Positions 23,598-37,000 of a stretch of 64,000 nucleotides of DNA are shown piece after piece (position 1 is the stretch's first letter; the number at the start of each line of letters is the position of its first letter). Below the pieces are notes generated by a model. The model had not been told where the DNA came from and did no database searches. It was given only the letters and a program-made list of their open reading frames with translations. The position numbers were made by a program, and so were the translations under genes. Origin of the DNA: Phoronis australis (lineage: Eukaryota > Animalia > Phoronida); assembly GCA_002633005.1 (NCBI GenBank), contig NMRA01000064.1:315977-379976 (forward strand), given 5' to 3'.

Positions 23598-25811
23598 ATG
23601 GTCACCCGTGAAGACAACGGGTCCACGAAACCTTCAAGACCAAAGACGGTGTCTCTGACATCCTCCCTCTGTATAAGGTAATGAGAACATAATAGTACTT
23701 TCCAAGGAAATAAACTATGAGAAAATTATTTTATGCCGTGGATAAACATGCGCTTGATTGAACCGCCGACTCACTACCACAGCGTGCAAGCTAGATTCAA
23801 TAAGTCGCGTCGGTGGTGAGGTGTTTTTAGTTAACTTTTTCATAAAATAAAATCAGTGGTAGACGAGCAAAACTGATGCAGATTCGTTTTTTCTGTTTTT
23901 CATGGCTCAGCAAATCATAGCGTTCTAAGCGTTGTTATCCTGGTTTGTGAAACTTTGGCTGAAATTGGTACGTGTTTTAGATGGTGAGCGCACGCCGACA
24001 GTGGCAGATTTACGTTTTCAGTAGGATTCGCGCGAATCTGAGACGCGTAGCGCCGAGCGGAGGGAAGGTCGGGGAAAAACCCCTCCCATGTAATATTTTT
24101 TTTGTTTTTGTAGTAGCTGATTTCGTTTTCCTGGCGACTGTTTCTTAATTTTTATTTTTGATCCTGTCCCGAGGTGAGTTTGACCTCCCTGAACCCGCCC
24201 TCGTACACCTGCTTATAAGACCAACGGCGAGACTATCTCATGCACTTGCGCTAGTGTTGGCTTACGAAGTAAATGGGTACCAAGGAGTTTAGATCTAAAC
24301 TTTTTGAAGGATACCTGAACCATTGGCTATTATTGTGGGACAGGAGCTTTTCGCGCCGAACATCGTCAATTTTTTGTCTTAAGATTATTTATCGTTGAAT
24401 CGTTGATATTTTGTATTTTGGTCCTTACCTGCTGCTAATCTGTAAAACAAAGTTGGCTCACAGCGTTAGATTTTTCTGTTGTCGCCGCCTTTTAACACTG
24501 GCACCTATGGCAAAGATGTTGAATTTACATGACTTACTGAAAAGACACTTCTAAATCAATGATTAAAAATACTTTTGAAAACCGATTAATTTCGTCGCAC
24601 GATGTCACCTTTTTATTTTACAGGCTCTGATTATTTTTCTAGTTCACTTATTCTCTTACGTCGTCTGAATTTCAGTAGTTCGCTGCAGCGCTTTGACTAT
24701 TACAGAATGCTTCATTTTGTTGTCCCTCGTGTTTGTTATGCAGTAATAAAAAAGGTTCACCTACTTAGTTTCTTTATTTTTAGCTTCTACAACGTCACAT
24801 ACATGTATAAATGTGCCACTTGACCTACTCAAAAGGTCGCCAAGTTCACTTTGACGATTGCATCGCAGCATTTCACTATATTAGGAATGTGTATTATGTT
24901 GTTAGCTTTGTGTTAAGGCGAGAATTTTCTTCCTTAATAAATTCAATATATCTAAAAACTGATCCCATATTTCAGAGTGAAAATAAATAAGGAGTATTAA
25001 AAGAATTTGTCTTACTTTAGTGTTGTTGGCTAGATTATTGAATAAACTAAACAAATCTGGACTTTTTGGTGCCTAGACAGTAACATTTAGGAAATTATAA
25101 AGAATATCTGCGACCGATTGTCCAATCAAGTTAAAATTTTGTGTTGCTGGAGGTGATAAAAAATAGGGTAATTTTCTGGCCTGGGGAGCGAATTTCACAT
25201 GATGGCTTTTCATTAAAATCAAGAAGACTTATTGATTTTTTTATTTTTCTGCCAATAGAAATCAGAAAGAGAACCCCAACGAAGAGACGCGAGAATCTGT
25301 CACAAAAGAAGAAGCAAATGCACAAGACGTTGCCAGTGCTGACAAAGATGGCGAACCTAACGACAGTTCCCGTAGTTCAGCGCGCGCCACCTTAAAGGAC
25401 GCATCACAAGATGAAAGAATGTTTGACCAACACGTATCTGGTGTTCACTCATACGACTGTGATGACGAGTACCTAGAAGAATTGCTTTCGTCAAATCATG
25501 GACATGGCTCGAGAGATGGAGCTGATAACGCCGGTTCCATGGCACAGTCCTCTGCCAAGGAATTTATCGAAGCGAAAAGAGTAACAGGGACTCCTAAGAA
25601 TGAATTCACTGAACACAAAAACACGCCAACAGAATTACTGTCTGTTGAAAACCTGTCATCAACTGGTAATGGTCCGGTAAAATATGATGAAGGGCGAACA
25701 GAAAGTATAAACGAGAAAATGGGTGGTTGGGAAAAAATTCGCAGAGCACTTTTCATCCGCAGTACGGTGATGCGACATTTGATTTTAAAAGAATGGCAGA
25801 AACAGCACTGA
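23598..25811 (+). CDS. Uncharacterised 210-aa acidic, probably disordered protein with a basic amphipathic C-terminal helix, copy A
   Basis: Exons 23598-23677 (ATG...AG|GTAATG) and 25259-25811 (pyrimidine tract + AATAG|, ends TGA) are phase-2 compatible. Exon lengths are identical and the frame is open in both duplicate copies, while flanking introns carry many indels. The start codon is inferred; an upstream exon is possible. Confidence 0.65.
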
Positions 25812-26429
25812 ACATGCAGAGTAAAAAACTGTCATTAATGTAAGCATCCATATTGGTTTCCAATACGTGGAGGTGTCAAGCAAAACAAAAATTACGCCAG
25901 TATGCTTTGCTTTCCCACGAGGACCACAGCTGGTCGCACAATTGGTCCCCTAAGCACGAGGACTACAATGTATTCAACAACAACTGAACCACGGGGGTCA
26001 TTACACCAATATCAGGAAACCGGTGAACATGACACTCGCGGTGTGTCAATGAACTCGTGACGTCAGAAAGGGAAGCCATGCATGTACAAATGGAGAGACA
26101 AAGAATTGATCCAACATAAACAAAACACAAACACTAATATAATTAATATAAATAATTAAGCAGATTGAATGAAACAAATTGACATTGCTTTAATGAATGA
26201 ACTAGAAAGTTATCATACATCAAGCAATGCCCAACTCGAACCCTCCAGGCAGTACCATTCGAATATGGTGAAGTCGGTCAGATTTTTTACTCTACTAAAA
26301 CTACGATCGGATTTGTGTATTATATAATGTATTTCAACATTTCATCTCTCCTTTCTCTTAGCTTTGCAATATGTGTGAGATAAATATTTATTCAGTTACC
26401 TCTCCTTGATTTTAACTCCACGCTGTTGG

Positions 26430-27469
26430 GTCTTTTTTAAACGACCTAACTCAAGATTTTTTACAGAAAGGTTTATTGTTAATAACCACAAGTGTCATGT
26501 TTTCAACCAATTTTGCATATCAAAAAGGTTTATAGGAATATTTATAAGGTTTTCTAACATCATAGAAGAAGCAAAACCGAAATATTTGAGATGTCTCAAA
26601 AGGGAGGTATTAACGTACTTGGATTGCATGTAAAAAATACAAACGTATGGTGGCTATAAAACCATGACATACTATTGGAGAAGAACTGATGAATGTTGTA
26701 AAATCTATACAGTGCTGCACTAGAGGCGAAGGTAAAATCCATGTGTAATGAACATCTTGATTTCAGAATTCCTCACAAGGGGTAAAGCGTGTTCATTTTC
26801 AATAAATAGTAATTTATTAAGAACACATTGAAAAAGCTGTTTGATTCTCAATAAAAAATACTGACACATTAAAGATAACAAGATGACAAGAAAAGACAGT
26901 CATTCACTCCACTAAGTTCACACACTTGGCTATCACATATTCAATAGTCACAACCCCTTGTTTCTAAACATCTTGAATATTATAAAACACAAAAAACTAC
27001 CAAGTGGCAGACTGTATATTATCAGTATACTACAAATAAAAGAAATATTGCTTCATAGACATATGACACTATTAATGATTGAAATACATTATCAATGTTA
27101 ATCAGCAAGTCATCATTTTTCGCTTTTCATGATTTCAGTAATTTTCCATTTTTCCAAGGACATTTCAGAACATGCAATAGTGACTGTTGGCATCTGTCCC
27201 ATGTGTTTATATTTGCTTCCAGTCCTCAAAAGGCATTTGACATGATTTCTTGACCAATGTCCAGTTTAATCTCCAACAGTCCAAGCCACTCGTCATGACA
27301 TACCAATGTGTTGGCAGGGGCAACAAGGTCCGACAAAATGCAGTTGGAAGAGTTTGTCAAGATTTAGTGGAACACTCAACTAGTAACCTTAAGTAAGTTG
27401 TCAGTCATTGACGACTGTCATGATACATTGTAACGTCTAAAGACAGTTAACTGACCTCATTATAAATAC
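26430..27469 (-). pseudogene. Remnant of duplicated CDK2AP1 (3'UTR fused to the upstream intron; coding exons deleted)
   Basis: 26430-27290 aligns by eye with 52413-53260 (downstream of the CDK2AP1 stop); 27292-27469 aligns with 54781-54958 (intron upstream of the ATG exon). The ~1.5 kb between them is absent. Confidence 0.85.
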
Positions 27470-28662
27470 TGAATATGATTTCCTATCATTCATTAAAAAC
27501 CTCTACATTCTTATACAGTGCCAACAGCAGGGTTAAAAGTTTTTTTAAAATGATGCTGTGTATGGCTTTAATTTCAGCAGTGGATCATTAATTTTCATAA
27601 CACGTACAAACAACCTTTTGAAACTGCAGTTTCCAAAGCCTCCAAGATAATCCTCAAGTGGAGTCTCTTTTAATAATTATGCAGGGCCTAAACCAATTTA
27701 ACATTCAGCTAAATACTTTAATCTTATTTCACTGATTTCTCTCTGATGAGAGGTGTGATAGAATTTCCACACCTCTGACATGCTGCCTACTGTGAAGTCA
27801 AGACCCGGAGAATTCAAATTGTAAGAAAAAAATGTCCGCAGAAAGTGAAAGACATTATACCAAGAGCATCCAGACAGAGTCCCAAACTGGGGACTTGAAG
27901 CAGATGCTTCCACTTTGTCTCTGAAATCAAATTCCAAAAGCCTTGTTGCGTTTCAGTCAAAACTAAACACAATCAAAGCCCTGGAGCATTCCTCAATGAC
28001 CTAGCGTCTCACATGTTTGATCTAACTTTAAACTTTTGGACATCTAAAAACAGGCTGTTCAGATATGGCGGAATAGGAAGAACAGTAAGTTTCGATCAAA
28101 ATTAGGCTTAAGCCTTTGAAGCCTTCGTCAGATTGCCTGCTTTTCTTAAGTGGGAGCCCAAGACCAAATCTCTCTCTCTCGTCAACAGACCCCAGGTGTA
28201 TATAGATTTTAATGACACATCTATCACTGAAGAAGACGTTCCAATCTGTTTTTCTGATTTTAGTTACCCCGAAATAAAACAAGATTTAGTTTTCTAAAAG
28301 CTCTTTATTATCAATGGTACTTTCTAAGAATGTTGCATTATACAACAATATGAAGAGGAATGTACATAAGGAATGTACATTTGTTCAGGCCAGGCAACAC
28401 TGAACTGAAAGCCTGTGAACATCGGAATAGCTTTAAACACATGTACTAAATTTCATAATACGCAAGTAAAATCCACAAACATTTTAAAATCCTTCACCAA
28501 GTAAATACCAGAAAGTGAAGTCATAAAATAAAACAATGTTCGTTGCCAAAGTATTTCACCTACCAACAAACCCATATCTGGGTTGCGAAGGGAAATGATT
28601 CAGGAATATAAATAGTACACGGCAAAGAAAACGGACAAAATTCCAAACGAAAAAGAGTTATA

Positions 28663-30017
28663 TACTCGGGAACCCAATGGTCGTCCGCCTAAGCATAAAA
28701 CCGGCTTGTTGTCGTACTCACCCAATTATTCCACTTCAAAGTTATGCTCTGCATAGGACCTGATTTGACTCTCACAAATCCATAGTATTAGTTGATTCAA
28801 AAGTTTTCTTTTATTTATGCCGAATTGTTTGAACTGTGCATTGCTTTTCGGCAGCCATTTTATATTGACTCCTATAGTCGTCATATGCTGCCGCCTTTTG
28901 AAAGAACAGAAAACCACACAGCAAAAAGCCAAGAAAATAGTGGAAAGTGGTTTACAGCAATTCTACTTCAACCCCATACTGTTTTACTAGTATGATATCG
29001 ATTTTTGAATCGATTAAAATTGATTTAGAAGTTCAGTTCTGGAAAACAAATCGCAATTGTTTTATTCCAGACAGACCTTACTTATTGTCCTCTTTATTTG
29101 ACTTTTTGCTCTTGTTGTTCTTAACACCACTTATCTCTGCTGTCTTTCTTTTTCTTTTCAGTTTTTCTTCATTCTCTATTAACACCTTGTCAGCCAAAAC
29201 AGAACTGTAACCCTTTGAGACTTGGTCGGCTGAAGTTGATCATTGAACCTCGATACAGTTGCTTTAATAAATTAAACCAATATCGTATTGTTTGATTCTT
29301 TCTCATCTTTAACAGGCTTCTGCAATCATAAATAAATAAATACCCAAGTTGTACTTTCATTCTATTGCTCAATCTCTTATTTTATTTTTGATTATGTCAT
29401 GCTGTGTTGTATGTAACAATGCAATATAGTGAAATAAAGTCAATGTTTTACTTTTAATTATTGGTGGCCATTCTCTATCAATTCAAGTATTTTAATTTTC
29501 TTCAAATAAATTCAAAATGCTTTCACCAAAAATTTCACCATAAATGTTGAGCTCAGTACTTTGTTTTGTTACAAAAAACAAATGGACAATATTTTGATGA
29601 TCAAGGCGTGGGCCAAAACTGTTAAGCACCCAGCGTGTTCCATTTGACTATTGCGTTTTTCCTTTGGCCTAACAGGAGTCGGTTAGTGCCTGGGACAAAT
29701 AGATACATTGCATAACCAGTCCCTGAGTTGTTTTATGTTCCGTCTGAAGAAAATCTAATTTCGAAAATATCTTCTGAAAATGAACAAAAAAAGTGCATTA
29801 GTAAAATATACAAGTTTTTAAGTGGTCTAAAAAAAAACAGTCGGTAAATGCATTAATTTTAGTCCCAGTTCTTGCATGCGTGTTTCTCTCGAGAGGTTAG
29901 TACCTAACGTGGAGACAAGCACTCAAATTGGAACGCTAAGTCCCGCGTGGGCGCGCTGCACGCGAAAGAAGATGGCGGACGACCTTTGGAGCTTGACGAC
30001 GATAGGTATCCGGACTA
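28663..30017. mobile_element. Non-autonomous DNA transposon (~1.36 kb) downstream of GGH-B (possibly in its 3'UTR), copy B only
   Basis: Empty site in copy A at ~9941 (AGTTA|TA|CTAG); TA duplicated; imperfect TIRs TACTCGGGAACCCAATGGTCGTC and, reverse-complemented, TAGTCCGGATACCTATCGTCGTC. Confidence 0.7.
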
Positions 30018-31052
30018 TACTAGGTGTAATCTGTTCCTGCAAACTTCGGATGCCACCACAATAGTCTATTACACACATACACAGCATGCTGACCAGAGGG
30101 TACAATATACTAATTGGCATCTCGTCAACGACTTGATGACATCACTGAGTATTGTTCCTGTGCTAGGTTCTCTGGTGCCACCATGAAAGCAATAAGTTTT
30201 ATCTTCCAAGTGGTCAAAATCTCGTGTGTGTGATTGCATGTGTGCGGACGCGAGGCTGACTTATGCACACATAGAAATCAGCGGCAAAATTATCATTGCA
30301 AATTATACCACATTTGCAAAGTGCTAACATAGAATCAATGTTTGCCCTGGGGAAAGAAAAGTGGTGATCCTAGTAAAGACACGACTCGTGTGGCGAAGGG
30401 TGTCGCAGCATGCATCACAAGTCCTCTCACCAGCAATACACTGCATCTATATTATTTATCACCAGGTTTGTTACTCTAAGTTCTTAATTAGGAAAGTGAA
30501 TAACCTTTCCACTTGCTTAACTTTTCCGCAAATCCCTGTCGTTCCCCATCAAGACGGAATTTCGCTTGTGCTCACAAATCATAAAGAAGAATAAAGCATT
30601 TTATCGGATTACTTGTGGCGTATACTGTACACGTATATTTTACCTAAGGGCTCGCTTTTTATAGCAGTTGAGCAGAAAAAATTCATAAGCAAAGTAACTT
30701 TAAAATAAAGGCTTGAGATGTCACCCGTCCCTAACAATCTTGTGGGACAGCTGCACATGCAAAACAGTCAAACCTGACGACCTCATAGTGAACATTGTCA
30801 TGTGCAAAAGCCAAAATTTGTGGCAAACATATACTCAATTAACTGTTATTTCACACTCTTTTGGTCAGTTCAGCTAGTAAAACAGTTACAACGAACAGAG
30901 AAGCACAAACACTGGTCACAGAATTATTCTATGACAACTAAAAAAGAGATCAAAGAGAGAACAAAAAATAATGACACAATATTGTGCAAAAAAAGACTTT
31001 TTCCTGAGAAAGACAACTGACAAGGTTATTAACACACTCCACATTCGGCACT

Positions 31053-34000
31053 TCATACGTGAGTTATATTGTTACACAGAGGGTCTTCCCTTACAGGTCC
31101 AACATCAAGGATGTAATACTCTTCCATTTCAGGCGGTCCCGTGAAGTGCGTCTGATAGTTGTTAATCATTAGATTACATAGCTCCTCGAGGCTGTTAAAC
31201 TTATGTTGACTCTTCCGAGCTGAAAGAGAACAAGTCATTTCTCAGGAAATTTTGGATAGTAACTAGCCCGGGTAAATGCTGAAGTCTTTAGAAAACAGCA
31301 ACATTTCATATTCACGGACAGATAATGTTTGCATAAAGTGCAGAAACACTAACAAATATTTTAAGAGTGTAAATAGACATGTGCCGTTACCAACTACAGT
31401 GTATGAATAAAAATGAAAATGGTACACCAGCGGCGGATTTAGGGGGGCCAAGGGGGTAATGGTCCCTCCTAAAATTCTACCAGATACCATTTGGCAGTTC
31501 GGGTGCGAATTGCTGACTAGCACCTGCGCACAACCAGGGGGGCTCGGGGGTGAATAAACAATGCAAACCCGGTTAAGTTTATTTTTTTTAGTCAACAATT
31601 CCGCAAACCCAAACACTAGAGACCACCTGCATCCCTACATTTTATACTGGGCGCGAAATTCTGTCTATTCGCGTGCCCTGCCCTCCCCCCTAACTCGAAA
31701 TCCTGGATCCGCCCCTGTACACATATATCAAAAAACGAACATTCTGACCAAGGCTTCAGCAGTGCACAGTACATTTCAGCATTAGTAACTTCCAGGAGTC
31801 CCAGATGTTGAGAATTAGTTTGATACCTACTATTCAGGGGAGAAAACCGGTTTTCAAAAAGCAGAATCTCTGTAAGTGACAAACACCCACAACGCTATAG
31901 ACTCTTTGTCTTCTTCCAATATGGCACTTTACCTGACACTGCTGAAGAAGAGCACATTGTTTCGAATGTTCCTGTTGCTCCAAATTACTGTAACATCGCT
32001 TTTGTTTCTTTATCTCTTTTGATTAATAAATATTTTTCAATTTTGCATAACTCTTTTTAATTTCATGGTGACTAAAAATTAGGATTCATGTGTACAAACT
32101 AACACTGGAGAATCAAATGCTTACCTTCGTTGACAAAAAAATTGGCGAAATATTGCGAGACTAATGCACTTTCCAAGGTGTGGGTGAGATCATAGTCTGG
32201 GCGCCACATGAAGTTGTTCTTCTCTGGATGAAACTGTGTACCATAAAATGGGTACTTCATATCTAGAACGAGATACGACTCGAAATAAAAATGGAAGGTT
32301 TTCAATCTTCGATACTGGAGTAAACTAAACTTTGACAAGACGCAAACTAACTCAACACAAGATGATTGACTCAGTGGTCGTTTGCATGACCAACTTGAAA
32401 ACTTCAACAAGATGAAAGTGTTTGATTGAAATCACTTTGTCCAAAGGAGAGCACCACAATTGAAAGGCAGTTGTCACAGACCAGTGGCTGACCACATATA
32501 GACAGTGTCAACTAAAACATATGCATAAGTAGTTGAATCATGGCAATAATAGACACCAGCAATAACAGACATCAACAATAACAGACATCAACAATAACAG
32601 ATGCCAACAATAACAGATGTCAACAATAACAGACACCAACCTTCCATACTTGATATGAACACTAAACCATCTTTATCCGCATTAGTCGACATCACTCGGT
32701 AAACATCACGTAGTTTTGTTGTTTCATACAGCTGTGGGAGAAATACAGTCATTGAAATTTTAATTTTTAAACAAAATTTAAATCAGAAATTGCAGTCAAT
32801 ACAATTTTAGTCATAACTTTTATATAATTAAACAGTAATTGTATTGAACTTGTCAATCAAGTATATAATTATTTACAAGCTGGCATAAAACCAAGCAAAA
32901 ACTATGAATTCTCAGTTATTAAACCCGAAACATTATTTGCCAAACTATACTTACTTTAGGGGTCAAGCAATGGTGATGAAAATTAGCTGTTACAGGTTGC
33001 TTCTTTAAGATATTCTCAATTGTCTTTGGCATATCCTTGTACATTCTACTGTTTCTAAAACCTGATAACACATAAAATAAACCTAAAATGAAAAACAGGC
33101 AATTTAAACCGTACTTACCATCAGATGTGATCTCTGGGCAAGAATGGACAGTTCCCTCATTTCTTCAGTCCAAGTTCATAAATTGGTTTTATCATACCGT
33201 GATCTATTGAATTTTATGAGCTTGGCCTCAGTGAAGAAATAAGAAACCTTCAGATCTTTCTAAGCCCAGATATCACTTGTAACCTGAGTAAGGTACAAGA
33301 TAAGATCAATTATATATCAGTAAGTGATCTAAATCGAAATGCATTTTTTGACACAAAGTACGCGTGTAGTTATGCTTTAAAGAACCCGTGGCATTGAAAT
33401 TCAGCAGTTACATTTAGAATACAATTTGCCAAGTTACACTGAATATTTTAGCAGAGTAGTAAGTTTAAGGCCAAGGTAATGTGAGTACCCTCTGCTGGCC
33501 AAAAATTTTACAATAACAGCTTCGAGCAGCTAACCATGGTCGCCACGATTTTCACACCCACAGTTACTGATCCTGTGGCTGTGACGGAGCACCTCTGATT
33601 CAGGTGGGCCTCAAGCCAAGGTTAGTTTGCTCAATGAATCGTCCAGCACTGTTTTAAAAACTCAAGGGCAAAACTATAATGTTCAATATGGCTACAGAAG
33701 CTTTGTATTTTGTAGGAGTTCAGCTTTCAACTTGACCCGAGGTTTACACCACGGCGGCATTTAAAACATTATGGGAATGGCTATTCAAATCCCATAGGGA
33801 GTAATAAAACAATGATCTTCTCAGCCAAGAACATGGGCGTTTGTTAAGCTGTGTTTACTTACACAAGCCAACTAGGACAGTCGTATGAGTTAGAGCAGGG
33901 TTGACAAAGAACCACTTTCACTGACCTTGCATGTCAGTTTCAAAAGGCCTACTGCATGTTAACCACACTGATAATTTACAACAATCTGCAAACTTCCAAG

Positions 34001-37000
34001 CCACTATGCCAGCAAGTAACCCTCTCAAAAACAAATTGACTACTTAGATAATGGTGAGGCTTTTCACCTTTGGCCATATCTTGTAAGCGCTCAGATCAAA
34101 TACTCATTCCACTACGTATTGGATTTTCTGGACAAGAACTACACTAATGGAACAATACCTACACAAAGTACGTAATGGCATTATTTTAATTGTCAAAAAA
34201 CAGTACAGAATCACAACAAATAATGCCAATTCTTCATTTACAATGACAATTGTCAAAATTGTCATTTTCCAATTGTTCAGAGGCTGATGACCTTGCTGGA
34301 AATGAGTGATTGTTTTATGACATCATCAAAGTACAAACCCAGATTGCAGTAACAACTAGATAATAAATTTCTTCTAAGTCCATATTCTAGTTGAGACATT
34401 ACATTGAAAAAATGACGTGGTCACCACAATTTGAGACAAATGAAAGAATTGACACATGCTTCTTGCCTTTGAGTCCAAGAGTTATAAAAACATTTCGCTC
34501 ACCGTCCAAGAAGTTAAGAGGAAGGCTGATGTCGAAGTCACTGCAGTTGGCCAGGATGTATTTACCCAGCGTAAGAGCCGTTAATAACTCAAAGCCATTA
34601 CATGTGCCCCACATGGGAAAATAGTCTCCCTTGTCATAAGCCTAGTGAAAACATAACATTAACATATCATTACACTGTTAAAATTATTCATGCATGATTT
34701 TTAAAAGGCAGTTTTAAATTTACAAAAATGTCTCTTTTGGGAGTCATAGGCGCAGTTTTAAAATATATATTAGCATGCTGTTTCGAAACTAATAATGCAA
34801 GTCAATAGTGCCTGAAAGTGGTTAAGGAAAATGACTTATAAAATCAAAAATTCTGAAATGTTCAAACTTTCTCACAAGTTTTAATTTCCAAAACTTAAAG
34901 TCTGTTCGAAATTAAAGAAGGCTTATCGTATGAGTAATAGACAAAGCGAACCACTAACAAGAAGCATGAACAGACTTCACAGCCAACCTCATATGTCCAC
35001 TGTTGAGTCACCATGGTAACTCACCTCCATAGCATATTTGTAGAACAGTTGGCCCACGCGAGCGTAACCTGACGTAGTAATGCTGACTTCACCACCCGGG
35101 TACAAAACACTAAAAGATACAAAGAAAAACCTAACACACAGTCCTAACACAATCTTGCCTTGACCGACGGTGGGTAGCCAACTAGTCGCCTGCTGGGGAC
35201 AGCTAAAATTCCTGAGCAAACAGCAAGTCTTTGTTTGGTGGACAGTGTGATTTTACACCCAGATATACCTTACCTTACCTGATGACATTACAGCTCTTTT
35301 GATGGACTATTCTAATCAAATCGGAGATAACAGCGCCAAAGCGACCGCAGATTTTGATTGACAACCAGCTAAATATACCAAGTCACCCCAAAGTCCCAAC
35401 ACACACATCCGAGTAATTGCACTCAAAATACTACAGGAAGTAAACAGATGGGTGTCAAAAGCGTTCAGCAAAAATCTGAAGGGTCGTATCTGAGTCACCG
35501 GCAGATATTCGAAACCCCTCCCCACCCCCCACATGGGATTACTTTGTTTTGCCAATCTCAGTTCCCATTTGGTCATCATTGTGCTAAATTTTGAGCCCTG
35601 GTGAACTTTTTTCATTTTTTTTGAAATCTTATATATTAACCTTCCACATTTTGAAGTTGCACAATGATTATACCAACAGACATGAGATGATAATGCTATA
35701 CAGACATGTGATGATAATGCTGATACACAAACTTATACTTCTTTCATTTCTTCAATTCTGGACTTACCCATTTATTTTTGAGAACATCTCTTTGTAATAT
35801 GACTCGGGCATGTCAATTCTGAAAAATATGAATAATAATAATAATTTTTATCTTTCTTATATACACAGGTACATTCAGGGGAATCAATCATAAACGAATA
35901 AAAGAGAATCACAACACAAAGGAAATGAATTACAATGGAGTATAACAGCTGCATAATTTGAGAATACAGTCAAGAGACCCATCAATATAAATGTGACCGC
36001 TTAATATGAGGATTTGCTAAATGCATCAGTCAAATTGTTCATGTGCACTTATGAAAATCACCATTACTTACAAGTGCACTTACCAAAATCACCGATACTT
36101 ATAAGTGCACTCCGTATGAAAATTTCGCATACTTACAAGACTGTTTGAAGCTAAAGAAAATGTACTCAGAGTTTACGCTGAGTGCCACTATGGATGTAAC
36201 TCTGGTAAGTTGTAAGAAATAAAAACAATCAAATTCATTGTTGTCAATCTTCCTACATTTTCTATTGATAAAGCACCACAAGCTTCGCTTCTTTTTCCAA
36301 AACATATTGTGAATTGTTCTGTGCCGATGTAACAATTTCACGTCTGTGTTCAGAAAACCCCAAGAAATTGAAATCAACCCCAAAAATTTTGCATCATTGA
36401 CCCCAATGTTTATAGGTGAAAGGTGCATTGAATATTCTAATTCCATTTAGGGGAGTAGACTCAAGCCAGCATTTGAGCACCCTCTGTTGTCCAGTCCTGT
36501 CTTCAATAAGCAAATATACAACATTCCCTTGCATGGAACAAAAACACTGAAAGATGCAACACTAAAGTGTAATAATCTAAATTATCTAGTGCATGACATC
36601 TGATAAAATACGGTACCTATTCTTTTTTATTTTACACAGCTGCACAATTCTGTGACGTTACTGGGCATCCACACTTCCAGACAACCCAGCCAACATAACA
36701 GTGGCCTAAAAAGCTGACACCAAACCAGGTTGTTGTAAGCTGGTTAAATAGTCCAGATAAACATGACTCACTTGATAGGCACAACCATAGCCCCAGCCTG
36801 TCGTACATATTTGATGTAGGATGACCGAATGTAAGAAGGGCCCAGTTTACTGAGGTAGGGGTCATCTCCTGTTTCTTGTGTGACAATACCTGCGATGGAA
36901 ACAACAAAGGAGCACCAATTATGTCAATAGTAAATTGCTGACTAAGAACATGCGCGCACCCAGCCTTTAATATGGGGGGCTCGAATTTCTGGCGACGTGG

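Larger units (their letters stand above)
9417..27469. repeat. Tandem segmental duplication, copy A
   Basis: Collinear with 28141-54958 from TTTTCTTAAGTGG(G)AGCCCAAGACC to CTGACCTCAYTATAAATAC; roughly 90% identity in alignable introns, plus copy-specific insertions and deletions. Confidence 0.95.
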
